Of a stretch of DNA of 64,000 nucleotides, positions 1-10,937 are shown piece by piece. The stretch spans positions 199,674-263,673 of the forward strand of contig JADJSV010000002.1 of the NCBI GenBank assembly GCA_016711505.1, written 5' to 3'. The notes under the pieces were generated by a model. The model did not search any database, had not been told where the DNA came from, and saw only the letters and a list, made by a program, of their open reading frames with translations. The position numbers and the translations under genes are program-made. Within the stretch, counting starts at the first letter, position 1; each line of letters starts with the position of its first letter. Source of the stretch: Bacteroidota bacterium (GTDB lineage Bacteria > Bacteroidota > Bacteroidia > AKYH767-A > 2013-40CM-41-45).

Positions 1-1332
1 TGACTAGATCTAACTCTGAATTTCTGGAAAGATTTCCAGACATAACGTTCCTGCCTAAATGATCAAACATTTTAAAGTCACCTTGAGCTTCTTCGCTTAA
101 CTTAATATAAAATTTATCTGTTGTAGGATTAGGATAAATTTCAAAATTAAAGTCCAAGTTCTCTAAGACGGAATTTGTTAAGCTGTCACAAATACTCCCT
201 GCCACAGATCCCATTGAATAATCAGGATTGTTTGGAAGACCCCAATATGTACGTTTGCCACTAAGATAAAAACTATACATAGTAAAAATACAGCCTGAAC
301 CTAGAACGTTTGGATCATTGATCACGCTCAAATTCATGTTAAACTGATTATACATGGTATCGGCATAAGGATAGGTAATTACACCATTGTTCCATAATCA
401 GACCAATAAATTTTATCATCTGGTGCGAGTCTTAATAACCCTGCATAATAAACGGGTGAATTAATTGTACTTAAGTGTATCCTTACTGGCAGCGATATTA
501 CTTGCTGTCAGATCATATTGAAACAAATATGAAGTGGTATCATTCTGACTCACATAAATAACATTCTCATTTGCAGAAAATGTAGAGCTTAACGTAATTG
601 CAGAACCACCACCTCGTATACCTGAAATTACAATTGCATTAGAAAAGATACCTGTGCATCTGTCAAAATCGAAAAACTCAATCAATCCAGCATTAGTTGA
701 AAATAATAATCGTGATCCGGATTTTGAAAACTGCATGTGACAAGCATTTCCCCATACTCTATTTCCGATTCCTTGCCTTGATTCTGCAATTCCGGAAGGT
801 GAGATAAAATAAATCGTAAATATATTATCCCCAAGTGGATCACCGTTCCTGTCATCCTTTGTTATTAACCACCAATCCCTTCCATTGGCATGCTTTACTG
901 CTGCAATTCCATCCCATCCTTGATATGGATGTATTTGAATATTTTTTGAGTAACTACTTTCCCTAGACCCTGATTTTCTTTCATATCAATTAATTGGAAT
1001 AATATAATCCAAAAAGATGTCAGTATCGCCTGCAGAAAATAAACTGAGTGCAAATGCTGGATCTTGGAATGTATAATAAAAAGTTCATTGTACCAGGCTC
1101 TTCCAACTATAGAGTCTCCTTATCCATTATTTGGTTATTTATGTTGAAGACAAGTGTGGTTACCTGAATAACTTCCCAAAGTTCCTGCATAAAACAAAAG
1201 TTGTCCACTACTATCGGCAATAGAAGCACACGAGCCGCGTGTATCAAGCGCAGAGGTTAATGATATTAGATTTGATGTATCACTAAAATTGATCCCTGCG
1301 CTATCCCCAAAACACCAAAAGGAATTTTGCAA
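1..1332 (-). CDS. Secreted repeat protein with a T9SS C-terminal sorting domain (CTD-like sequence at about 1-150 on the minus strand). It is fragmented into at least 3 frames and its 3' end runs past the window start.
   Basis: Minus-strand ORF pieces (461-736, 1135-1332) plus my translation of 1-460 giving '...FEIYPNPTTDKFYIKL...' (Por/T9SS CTD-like). The ORF continues upstream of the annotated Met through '...HANGRDWWLITKD...'. Confidence 0.4.
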
Positions 1333-1571
1333 TTGAGCAATCGCGGAATTATTTAGTAAAAAATTAAATATTATAAAAATGCGAGCTAAGAATCCTGCAG
1401 CTCAGCTTGCATTAATTTTAGAGAATAATCACCAATCTGACCACATTGAGAAATTACACTTTTCATCAGAAATTAAAAAAGTTTTAGACTTCTTAATTTA
1501 AAGTCATTAATGTTTATTTTGAATTTAATCAAATTATTGCTTTAACAAAGTATGCAATTTGTATGTATAAT

Positions 1572-1610
1572 AAAAAAAGGCTTACAGGTTTAAACCTTGT
1601 AAGCCTTTGA
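1572..1610 (-). terminator. Hairpin followed by a T-run on the minus strand, immediately 3' of the displaced tRNA-Val 3' fragment. Probably the original chromosomal tRNA-Val terminator.
   Basis: Inverted repeat aggcttacagg-ttt-aaaccttgtaagcct, preceded on the plus strand by an A7 run (a T7 run on the minus strand). Confidence 0.45.
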
Positions 1611-1615
1611 TCTTT

Positions 1616-1662
1616 AGTGTGGGAGCTACAGGGTTCGAACCTGTGACCCTCTGCTTGTAAGG
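1616..1662 (-). repeat. 47-bp direct repeat identical to the 3' end of tRNA-Val (distal att site of the island, the displaced tRNA 3' fragment)
   Basis: agtgtgggagctacagggttcgaacctgtgaccctctgcttgtaagg is identical to 40267-40313, and the two copies diverge immediately outside. Confidence 0.85.
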
Positions 1663-1802
1663 AGGTAGCTAGTACTTGATTGTTGTTTATTGTTACTTTC
1701 CATTACTTTGCAAATGACTGATTTATAATTATATATTTTAATATGCGCTTGCTTAATTTGCATTGTTTTTTACATTTGTTGCAACCATGTTGCAACCGAC
1801 AT

Positions 1803-3025
1803 AAAAAAATGGCATCTGTAAAACTCAAACTGTTCAAAGGCAAGGTACTGAAAAACGGGGAACATCCGATAGTGATTCAGCTAATCAAAGATCGCAAACG
1901 AAAGGTAATTTCTACCGGACGGTCCTGTCCAATTGAACATTGGGATGAGAAAGAAGGATTGCCTAAAAAGCAGCATCCCAATCGTGTCCAATTGACAACT
2001 TTCCTTTTGCATAAAAAGAAAGAAGCACATGACTTACACAATACCATTGAAACTGACAAAGGTTCATCCTATTCAATGGAGGAGTTTGAAAGGAAAATAT
2101 AGAAACGAGAATAAAAAAGCATCTTTCTTTAAATATGTCGATGAATTAGTTGCAAATTTCATTGCCACTGGACGAGTCGGGAATGCCAAAATTTATAAGG
2201 ATACCAAAAGAGAAGTCTATAAATTCCGCAATGGCCTTGATTTGGCATTCACCGACATTGATCTTAAATTCCTTAAAAGCTTAGAAAATTTTTTTCCGAA
2301 CACGAGGTTATAAAGAAAATACGATGAGTGTTTTTTTCAGAACATTGAGATCGATTTATAACAAAGCCATCATTGAGAATTATGTCAAGAAAAGTCTTTA
2401 TCCATTTGACATTTTTAAAGTTTCACAGTTTGATACAAAAACTCAAAAGAGAGCATTGTCTCAAATAGACATAAAAAGTCTAATTGAATATTACCCTGCC
2501 TTAGACAATCCACTCTTCAAATCTTATAGCTATTTTATGTTCAGCTTTTACATGATGGGAATGAATTTTCATGACATGGCTTTTTTAGAATGGGATCAGA
2601 TTAGTTCCGAAAAATTATCATACATAAGAGCAAAAACTAGAAAACATTTTGTAGTAAAGATTCTTCCTCCAGCTCAATCAATAATAGATATTTTCAAGAT
2701 AGCAAAAGAAGGTAAATATGTATTTCCGATTTTCAATGAATTAAAACATACGACTCCGCAATCCAAACATAACAGAATTAAAAAAGTTCTTAAAATGTAC
2801 AATAAAGATTTGAAAGAAATTGGAAGTGCATTAGAGATTAAAACACCTTTGACTTCTTATGTTGCCAGGCATACATGGGCAACTAGTATGAAAAAACTAG
2901 GCGCCTCAGTAGGAATTATTAGCGAAGGATTGGGACATGACTCTGAAGAGACAACTCAAATTTACTTAGATAGTTTTGGCAATGACGTTATGGATAAAGC
3001 AAATGAATTGCTATTAAAAATTTGA
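1803..3025 (+). CDS. Tyrosine-type site-specific integrase (Bacteroidetes phage/ICE integrase family). It is split into 3 frames, with two frameshifts near 2030-2100 and 2313-2324.
   Basis: Three consecutive ORFs (1743-2102, 2029-2313, 2324-3025) in frames 0/1/2 together give ~407 aa. The C-terminal catalytic region reads '...VARHTWATSMKKLGASVGIISEGLGHDSEETTQIYL' (R..H..R...Y motif region). The second junction lies at T7 homopolymers. Confidence 0.8.
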
Positions 3026-3258
3026 TTACCCTAAAATGGCGAATTTAGCCATAAAATTATATTCGTCGAGTTAATTTTTTAATTGAAGTGATATCATTAA
3101 AAAATAACTTCATAATTACTCCAGAAACGGATAAGGGTTTTTTCTTAAAATTCAATGAAAATTTATAATTTTCATTTGATTTTTTATTTAATGTTGAAAA
3201 CCTACTTTGTAAGAAACGAATCATCTTTTAATAATTTTACCTTTGCAGCCGATTAAAT

Positions 3259-4442
3259 TTGGAAAACCTCAGACATCTGTTAGGGTATACAAGAATCATT
3301 AAATCATGGGTAACAATAAATTTAAAAAATCTAATGAGGATTTTCTTAGTCATTACTATGTGCTTGGCTATTATTACATCAAGAGCTGTAACAGCCACGG
3401 TCAAAGGTGCACTTCCATCTGTTCTTACCGAATGTTCCGGTTTAGACTTTAATGGAAATTCGTCCTTTTGGACACATAATGATTCGTGGGGTGATGATCA
3501 ACTTTATCGAATATCATCAACTGGAAATCTCCAACAAACGATTACAATCAATGGGGCAAATAATCGTAATTGGGAAGACATTACTCATGATCAGAACAGA
3601 GATCATCTATTCATAGGCGATTTCGGTAACAATGATAACGATAGAACCGACCTCAAAATATATAAGATCCCATATCCGAATGCTTCAACCACATTTTCAA
3701 CAGCTGAAATCATCGAATTTACATTTTCTGATCAAGAAGATTTTCCTTCCGCTTGGATGAATTTTGATGTCGAAGCATTTTTTCATTTCAACAATCGTTT
3801 ATATTTATTTACAAAGGCCGACGGTTCGGCTGTGGGTTACACAAAGATGTACTCTCTTTCTCAAAATTCTGGACCTCATATTGCTAATCTGGTTGATAGT
3901 TTTTATACAAATGACCGTACTACTTCCGCTACCATAAGTCCCGACGGAAACTCTATGATATTAATGTCTAATTCTCACATTCATATTTTTAAGAATTTTA
4001 GCGGTACAGATTTCTTCGGTGGACAGCATACGCAATTAAATATAAGCGGATCGTGGACACAGAAGGAAGGAATTTGTTTACAAGTAATAACGAAGTTCAT
4101 TTAACAGATGAAAATACAGGTTCTGGCAACAATCTATATTATCTCAATCTGGCAAGTTATATACCAACTTCAACTACAACGAGTGTAGATGAAAATATAA
4201 ATTTGGAAGTTGATATTTTTCCGAATCCTACTACACAATATGTAAACATGCGTTTTGAGGAGAATTTGAAAATTTTGGAAGTAAAAGTTTCTGATGTTTC
4301 CGGAAAGTTAATCGATTCTCATCTTTTCAATAGTGTGCAGGAAATTAAATTGGACCTTGGCAAACTCAATCCCGGTCTTTATTTTTGCAACATTTATTCT
4401 AACGGAATTTTAATAAGGACAGAAAATATTTTAAAGCATTAG
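3259..4442 (+). CDS. Secreted beta-propeller-like protein with a T9SS (Por) C-terminal sorting domain. There is a frameshift near 4053-4104, and the true start is probably the signal peptide near 3334.
   Basis: ORFs 3259-4104 and 4053-4442 lie in different frames. The C-terminus reads '...DIFPNPTTQYVNMRF...KVSDVSGKLI...GLYFCNIYSNGILIRTENI', a typical T9SS CTD. Confidence 0.6.
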
Positions 4443-4482
4443 CACATTCAATCTAATTTAACCTTCCTAAAATAAAATAATC

Positions 4483-4731
4483 ATGAAGAAAATAACTTTT
4501 GCTCTTGTAGTTTCGATAGGAATACTCTTTGGCTGCAATAGCAATACACCAAATGAGGATACTAAAAATCAAAAAGCAGAACACAAACATGGCGATCATA
4601 ATGATGGCAAGCATGAACATAGTGATGGGGCCATTCACGAAAATGAAGATTCTGTAAAACACGGAGGATTTGATGCCGAAAAAGATTCGTCACATCATGA
4701 GCATGAATCACACAAAGGCCATGATCATTAA
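4483..4731 (+). CDS. Small His-rich lipoprotein, putatively metal-binding
   Basis: Lipoprotein signal (LFGC). The mature part is extremely His/Asp/Glu-rich (HKHGDHNDGKHEHSDG...HHEHESHKGHDH), and the gene sits beside the Cu ATPase. Confidence 0.55.
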   Translation: MKKITFALVVSIGILFGCNSNTPNEDTKNQKAEHKHGDHNDGKHEHSDGAIHENEDSVKHGGFDAEKDSSHHEHESHKGHDH

Positions 4732-4781
4732 TCGGATATGTAAAGCAAGCGGATATGAATCACTTGTTTTTAAAATTTCTA

Positions 4782-4833
4782 TTAATCTAAATTCTTAATT
4801 TTAAGCATGTACTTAAAATTAAGAATTTAGATT
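4782..4833. terminator. Perfect 23-bp inverted repeat (taatctaaattcttaattttaag / cttaaaattaagaatttagatta) with a 6-nt loop. Probably an intrinsic terminator or operator between 4483-4731 and 4855-5070.
   Basis: Read directly from the sequence. Confidence 0.45.
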
Positions 4834-4854
4834 AAACTTTGAATATCTTTTAAA

Positions 4855-5406
4855 ATGAAGCCAAAAGGCGTTATCGTATTGGCACTATTCTTTACATTGT
4901 CTGTAATCTTTCTCGTTTATATCATGTTAGGTTTAATACCAATGGTTCTTTTCTCATTTGGTTTTCTTGGCGGATTCGTTCTTTGGTTGATTATACCTAC
5001 TAACTTGTCTTTTAAAAATATCAAATCTCCATTTTTTTATTACCCTTTTTTTTCATTCTTCATAAATTAGAAGAATGATATATGGGATTTTTCTCAAAGC
5101 TTTCGGAAATTACTGGTGTTGCTACACCATCAACCGATTCTATTCTAGTCTACTTATTGTATTGCTTCGCCAGATCCTGGTTCTTAATTCCATATTTGAT
5201 GAAGCACAAATATTCTTTTGGGCACTACCTCGTTTGGACCTTTTTTTACCGCAATGGGAGTTAATGAGCTTGCCCATTTTATCTTTCCATTCTTAACGAA
5301 TAATCCATACGGATATTTCCCGGGAATGGCTACAGTTGTTTTACTTGCACCAGTTGCTTGGTGGGGGATGTTTCGACTTTCACGAAAGGATATTGAGAAT
5401 AATTAG
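4855..5406 (+). CDS. Hypothetical small membrane protein, apparently broken over at least 3 frames
   Basis: Hydrophobic ORFs 4855-5070, 5082-5264, 5075-5296 and 5218-5406 are consecutive and in different frames. No family is recognised. Confidence 0.25.
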
Positions 5407-5502
5407 GCAAAATCATTAAGCTAAAAACCATTAAATTAAGGACAGAGTATTCGCCAGCCGAAATGGGACTATTAATTTGAGGAATTTGATCTATTAGTTG
5501 AA

Positions 5503-7449
5503 CTATGAAATCTTCAAAAACCTAGCATTAAAAGCCACAATAATAGTACTTAAACTCATCAAAACTGCACCTGCTGCCGGATTAAGCATTATTCCAAACA
5601 TGCCCGCTGCCAATGGAATAGCAACTACATTATATCCGGTAGCCCATATTAGATTTTGAACCATTTTCCTGTAGGTGGCCTTTCCAAAAAGAATAAGACT
5701 GACAATGTCTTCAGGATTGCTGTTTACTAAAACGATTCCTGCTGTCTCCGCTGCAATATCGCTTCCACTTCCAACTGCAATGCCGACATCTGCTTGCGCT
5801 AAAGCAGGAGCATCATTAACACCATCCCCGGCCATTGCAATGTACTCACCCTTTTGTTGTAGTTCTTTGATCTTGTCAAGTTTTTGATGTGGTAGAACTT
5901 CAGCATAATAACCATCCATATTTAATTGCCGGCTGACACTTTCAGCGACTTTATTATTATCGCCTGTTAAAAGGATCGATTTTATTTTGGCAACATGTAG
6001 TCTTTCAATTGCTCTACCTGATTCCGGACGTATTTCATCGGCAAGAGATATAAATCCACTTACTTTATCATTAACTAATACATACACAACCGTTTCATTT
6101 GGTTGACTGTCTTTAAGTAACATTTCAGGATAATTTTTCTGAATAAATGCCGGACTGGAAACTAAAACTTTAGAGTTGTTTATAATTCCAGTGATACCTT
6201 GCCCTGTAATAGCTTTAAACTCAGAAACAGGAAGTGGGTTCAATTTTCTTACATTTGCCTTTTTAACTATCCCTGTGGCAATTGGATGTTCGGAATTTTG
6301 TTCAAGTGAAAAAGCCATTTGAAGTATTAACTCATCATTGACAGACGAATCAAATGAACCATACCGGATCACATTGAAATTTCCAAAAGTAAGTGTACCC
6401 GTTTTATCGAATATAACTGTGGTAACCTTTCTGGAATTTTCAAATGCTGTTCTGTTTTTGATCAACAAACCATGTTTTGCAGACAAGGAGGTAGATTTTG
6501 CAACTACTAATGGCACAGCTAAGCCTAATGCATGTGGACAGCAAATTACTATTACTGTAACCATTCTTTCCATTGCAAATGCCAATGACTCATTTGCAAT
6601 AGACCACCAATAAAAGAAAGTAGATATACCTGCAGCTAAAGCTACGATAGTTAAAATTCTTGCCGCTTTGTCAGCGAGTAATTGTGTTTTGGATTTTGTC
6701 TTTTGGGCATCATTGACTAACTTAATAACACTTGCAAGATAAGAGTCTTTCGAAGGATGTGTGACAGAAATTTTTAAGGAACCATTTCCATTGATAGAAC
6801 CTGCAATCACTTTTTCCCCCTTTTGCTTTTTCACGGGGACCGATTCACCTGTAAGCATTGATTCGTTAATATAGCTTTCTCCATCTGAAATAATTCCATC
6901 GGCTCCAATCTTTTCTCCGGGTTTGATTAGAATCAGGTCGCCGATATTTAAGGAATCAACTTTAACTTCGTGGGTCATTTCACCTTTAATTAAATGAGCG
7001 CTTGATGGTAATAATTGTACCAGCAGTTCCAATTCTCTTGAGGCCCCGGCAATAGATTTCATTTCTATCCAATGTCCAAGTAACATAATTAGAATAAGTG
7101 TACATAGTTCCCAAAAGAAATCCATCCCTTGTAAACCAAATACAGTAGCAACACTATAAGCATACGCGACAGTGATAGCAATCGCAATCAAGGTCATCAT
7201 TCCAAAAGTTCTTTGCTGGAACTCATCAACAAGACCTTTCAGGAAAGGAAATCCTCCATATACAAAAACCACAGAGGATAAAGAGAAGAGAACATAAATT
7301 GAACCTGAAAAAGAAAAATCAAAACCAAACCATTTTTGGATCATAGGCGAAAGCAACATAACCGGAATAGTAAGGAATAGCGTTACATAAAACCTACGTT
7401 TAAAATCCTCGATCATCATTTTATGATGGTCATGGTGCATCATTCCCAT
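5503..7449 (-). CDS. Heavy-metal-translocating P1B-type ATPase, CopB-like (copper). The His-rich N-terminal leader is encoded in another frame at 7450-7516.
   Basis: Motifs TGES, DKTGTLT and GDGVNDAPAL are present, with CPH in TM6 and MSLST in TM8. The N-terminus reads MGMMHHDHH. Upstream, in an alternate frame, lies MEHQHQGHNNVEHSNH. Confidence 0.9.
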   Translation of the reverse strand: MGMMHHDHHKMMIEDFKRRFYVTLFLTIPVMLLSPMIQKWFGFDFSFSGSIYVLFSLSSVVFVYGGFPFLKGLVDEFQQRTFGMMTLIAIAITVAYAYSVATVFGLQGMDFFWELCTLILIMLLGHWIEMKSIAGASRELELLVQLLPSSAHLIKGEMTHEVKVDSLNIGDLILIKPGEKIGADGIISDGESYINESMLTGESVPVKKQKGEKVIAGSINGNGSLKISVTHPSKDSYLASVIKLVNDAQKTKSKTQLLADKAARILTIVALAAGISTFFYWWSIANESLAFAMERMVTVIVICCPHALGLAVPLVVAKSTSLSAKHGLLIKNRTAFENSRKVTTVIFDKTGTLTFGNFNVIRYGSFDSSVNDELILQMAFSLEQNSEHPIATGIVKKANVRKLNPLPVSEFKAITGQGITGIINNSKVLVSSPAFIQKNYPEMLLKDSQPNETVVYVLVNDKVSGFISLADEIRPESGRAIERLHVAKIKSILLTGDNNKVAESVSRQLNMDGYYAEVLPHQKLDKIKELQQKGEYIAMAGDGVNDAPALAQADVGIAVGSGSDIAAETAGIVLVNSNPEDIVSLILFGKATYRKMVQNLIWATGYNVVAIPLAAGMFGIMLNPAAGAVLMSLSTIIVAFNARFLKIS

Positions 7450-7607
7450 CGGGGATTTGCATGATTCGAATGTTCAACGTTATTATGTCCTTGATGTTGA
7501 TGTTCCATATGATTGTTTTACTTTTTAATTTAAGAGTTAATGTTCTATTCTAATCAGGTATAAATTAGTGCTTAAATTAACCGCTTTAGCTCCGATGATC
7601 AAATTGT

Positions 7608-8096
7608 TTATAGGATTCTTCCATCAATGTTTTTTTTAGTATCCTCTAACATATTTTTCAAACACCAGTTACAATACATATTTGCGAAAAGGAAGGAAAG
7701 AAACTTATAGAACCATTGTTTTGGCGGCAAATAGCTAATAGAAAGTTTCGCGATAGTTGAATTTTCAAGTGGAGATAATTCAAACCACATTCGATACCAT
7801 GACATTATAATAATTTTAGCATCACCAATTGTCTCCCATTCTTTTAATAAAGGCGCTTGCCACTTGGTAATTGTTGTGGTGAAATAAATAATCATTCCTG
7901 CCATCTTTCCATACCAACGATATTTTGCTCCAACTCCACTTGAATTTTTCGATAGTTGTTCTAATTTTAATTTGCTTCCCATCATCATCATAGAACTTTC
8001 GCTCATGTGCATTCCTGTTTTTGAAAAATCATCCATTTGCTGAAAAACAATTTCAGGACTGGAATTAATTATAATACTTTTCGATTTTGTCTTCAT
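7608..8096 (-). CDS. Hypothetical protein, SRPBCC/polyketide-cyclase-like
   Basis: Weak resemblance to SRPBCC ligand-binding fold proteins. Met-rich patch SESSMMMMG. Confidence 0.3.
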   Translation of the reverse strand: MKTKSKSIIINSSPEIVFQQMDDFSKTGMHMSESSMMMMGSKLKLEQLSKNSSGVGAKYRWYGKMAGMIIYFTTTITKWQAPLLKEWETIGDAKIIIMSWYRMWFELSPLENSTIAKLSISYLPPKQWFYKFLSFLFANMYCNWCLKNMLEDTKKNIDGRIL

Positions 8097-8158
8097 ACTT
8101 TAAGATTTTTCTGACTAAAATAGTTTGTTTTATTTGTCAGGAATTTTATTCGACAGAT

Positions 8159-9427
8159 TTATTCTTTCAACTGCGCTTCACTTAAATGCCTGTAAGCATT
8201 TTCTACCATAACAATTCCATCATCTACAATTACACCAATTGCCAAAGCAATTCCCGTAAGTGACATGATGTTGGAAGAAAACCCTAGAAGATTTAAGAGA
8301 ATAAAACTTGATGCAACCGAAACAGGAATTTGAATGAGAATTATAATTGCGCTTCGCCAATGGAAAAGAAAAATTAAAATGACTATAGTAACACTAATAA
8401 ACACTTCAACCAGTGTTCCCTTTACTGAACTAATAGCTTCTTCAATTAATCCACTTCTGTCATAATTAATTTTAAATTTCACGCCTTCAGGTAAACCTTT
8501 TTGTAATTCAGCCATTTTTGCCTTTACGTTTTTTATAACCTCATCAGCGTTTTCTCCGTATCGCATTACTACAATTCCACCGACTTTTTCGCCTTCTCCG
8601 TTTTCGTCAAAAATTCCGTATCGGATATCGCCACCCATTTGCACCGACCCAACATCTTTAATTCTTATGGGAACATTATTGGAAGTGCTAAGTGAAATAT
8701 TTTCAATTTCACCGATTGATTTAATGTAACCCAAACCTCGCACGATATATGACTTATCGCTCATTTCAAATTTTCGTCCTCCAACATCATTGTTATTTGA
8801 TTTTACCGCTTGCAAAACGTCCATCATTGAGAGATTAAAGAAGTTCAGTTTCACAGGGTCAATAATTACCTGATACTGTTTTTGAAAACCTCCGAAGGAG
8901 GCAACTTCACTTACTCCGGGAACTGTTTGTAAAGAAAACTTGATATACCAATCCTGCAAAGCACGTTGTTCGCCAAGATCATATCCTTTGGCATCTAACG
9001 AATACCAAAAGATATGGCCAACGCCTGTTCCATCGGGGCCGAGTGTGGGTGAAATTCCTTCAGGTAAAAGTTTCTGTGCAAAATTTAACCGCTCTGCTAC
9101 CCTCGTTCTAGCCCAATAAATGTCAACATTGTCCTCAAAAACTAGATATACGAAACTCATTCCGAACATAGATGAACCTCGGATATTTTTAAGTTTCGCA
9201 ATGCCTTGCAAATTTGAAACGAGTGGATATGTAATCTGGTCCTCGATTACCTGCGGGCTTCTCCCCATCCATTCAGAAAAAACAATTACCTGATTTTCGG
9301 ATAAGTCAGGTATTGCATCTACGGGGTTGTGCTGCACTTCGTAAAGTCCCCACCCTAACATGCCTGCTGCAAAAAGTAATACAACAAAGCGATTGCGCAA
9401 TGAGATTGATATAAGACGTTCAACCAT
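8159..9427 (-). CDS. czcA: CzcA/CusA-family heavy-metal RND efflux pump, N-terminal fragment only (residues 1 to about 420). It ends in the TM4-TM5 loop.
   Basis: The N-terminus 'NRFVVLLFAAGMLGWG...NPVDAIPDLSENQVIVFSEW' and the end '...AIGVIVDDGIVMVENAYRHLSE' align to CusA residues ~1-415. A stop follows, and then the next gene starts. Confidence 0.85.
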   Translation of the reverse strand: MVERLISISLRNRFVVLLFAAGMLGWGLYEVQHNPVDAIPDLSENQVIVFSEWMGRSPQVIEDQITYPLVSNLQGIAKLKNIRGSSMFGMSFVYLVFEDNVDIYWARTRVAERLNFAQKLLPEGISPTLGPDGTGVGHIFWYSLDAKGYDLGEQRALQDWYIKFSLQTVPGVSEVASFGGFQKQYQVIIDPVKLNFFNLSMMDVLQAVKSNNNDVGGRKFEMSDKSYIVRGLGYIKSIGEIENISLSTSNNVPIRIKDVGSVQMGGDIRYGIFDENGEGEKVGGIVVMRYGENADEVIKNVKAKMAELQKGLPEGVKFKINYDRSGLIEEAISSVKGTLVEVFISVTIVILIFLFHWRSAIIILIQIPVSVASSFILLNLLGFSSNIMSLTGIALAIGVIVDDGIVMVENAYRHLSEAQLKE

Positions 9428-9438
9428 TGTTGTTTGAA

Positions 9439-9708
9439 TTAGTGTTTTTTCATTTCAGATAATTCCATTCCACACTTTGGGCAATCTCCCGGTTTATCGG
9501 ATAGTACTTCTAGGTCCATCACACATTGGTAGAATGCTTCTCCATTTTTCAACATCGTTGTGTCAATATTGAAGTTTTGTGATGTGTTTTGACCTTGATT
9601 TGTTGTGGAATCGGGCAAAGTTCCTTTTTCACTTCTGTTTGATGAACTATTGCAGGCGCCTAGTAATATTATACTATTTAATGCTAGTAAAAGAATTGCA
9701 TTTTTCAT
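9439..9708 (-). CDS. Small lipoprotein with a C-terminal heavy-metal-binding domain (HMBD, CxxxDxxV...CPKCGM)
   Basis: Lipobox LLGAC. The C-terminus 'YQCVMDLEVLSDKPGDCPKCGMEL' matches the HMBD found at the N-termini of CusB-like adaptors. Confidence 0.65.
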   Translation of the reverse strand: MKNAILLLALNSIILLGACNSSSNRSEKGTLPDSTTNQGQNTSQNFNIDTTMLKNGEAFYQCVMDLEVLSDKPGDCPKCGMELSEMKKH

Positions 9709-9730
9709 TTATACTATTTACTTAGAGAGT

Positions 9731-10887
9731 TTACATTTTCATTCCCGGCATTTCTTGATGGCCTTCCATAGGGTTCGCTCCTTTTTTAAAAATATATTCG
9801 CTGTTCAATAAGTATGCACCTTTCACAACAACAACATCTCCTTCTTTCAATCCATCAATTATTTCAATTTGGCTACTGTTCTGCATACCTACTGTTACCA
9901 TTTTATTTTCAAACACTCCATCATTGTTTCTCACCCACACATTTGCTCCTTTACTATCCTGAACAATTGCATCTAAAGGCAGCACATAAGATTTTTTCTT
10001 TTCTGTTTGTAAGTTTATATTAGCTAACATTCCGGGCTTTATTTGTCTTGATGAATTAGTTAACTGAAATCTTGCCAAAACATACCGTTGTGGCGCTTGC
10101 ACTTGTGGATCAATAAAAACTACTTTCCCCGAAAACAATTCTTGAGTTGCAGCAGGAATAGAAAAACTAGCTTCCGTTCCAATTTTTATATAAGTTAAAT
10201 AGGGGAGATAGACTTGGGCTTCTACCCATAGTGCATTTATTGAAGCGAGTCGGAAAGAGTAGCGCCTGCTGAGACGTAATTCCCTTCATTAACAGATATT
10301 TCGCTCACAAAGCCCTCCGTTTTCGCAAACACCGGAATATTTTGCAGAATTTGCTTGGAGGTATTAAGTTGATCGATTTGCAATTCGCTCATTCCAAATA
10401 ACAGCAACTTATTTTTAGTGCTTTCGATAAAATCACCAGTTGAAAATGACTTTTGTAGAGCTAGCAAATATTCTTCTTGCGCCAAGTTTAAATCTTCACT
10501 GTAGATTTCATAAAGCATCTGACCTCTGCTAATGTATTCTCCAATGTTTCTTACGGCTAACTTTTCAATTCTTCCTTGGACTCTTGCACTGATAGCATCT
10601 GAAAGATTTTGGTCCACTGTAACTTTTCCTGTAAGGGTAATTTCTTTAGCCAACTCATGAACACGAACTGTGTCATATGTAATGTTACCTAATTGGATTT
10701 GTTGGGAACTTAGTTTTATTTGTCCCGTTTTGAGATTATTCCTTTTTACCTTAATCAGTTTCATGTGGCAAATTGGACAGTTGCCAGCTTTATTTTCTAT
10801 CACTTGCGGATCCATTGAGCATGTGAAATACTCATCTGATCCCGCCATCTCGGCCTGATTATTATTTTTTTTGCATGAAATTAGCAA
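9731..10887 (-). CDS. RND efflux membrane-fusion protein (CusB/CzcB-like) with an N-terminal HMBD. It is split into two frames (10237-10887 and 9731-10138).
   Basis: N-terminal 'YFTCSMDPQVIENKAGNCPICHMKL' (HMBD), followed by HlyD-family adaptor sequence and a C-terminal beta-barrel domain ORF in another frame. Confidence 0.7.
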
Positions 10888-10937
10888 CAGAATGGATGCT
10901 AAAAAAAAGCATCATGACTTGGTTTGCGATATTTATT

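Noticed and set aside
3026-3258. Bacteroidetes-type promoter (TAccTTTG at about 3238-3245) upstream of the T9SS gene
   Set aside because: Only the -7 element matches. No -33 TTTG at proper spacing was found, so I did not report it as a feature.
5675-6613. Plus-strand ORFs inside the CopB ATPase gene (5675-5887, 6338-6613)
   Set aside because: They are antisense to a strongly supported P-type ATPase CDS, show no motifs, and are typical shadow ORFs.
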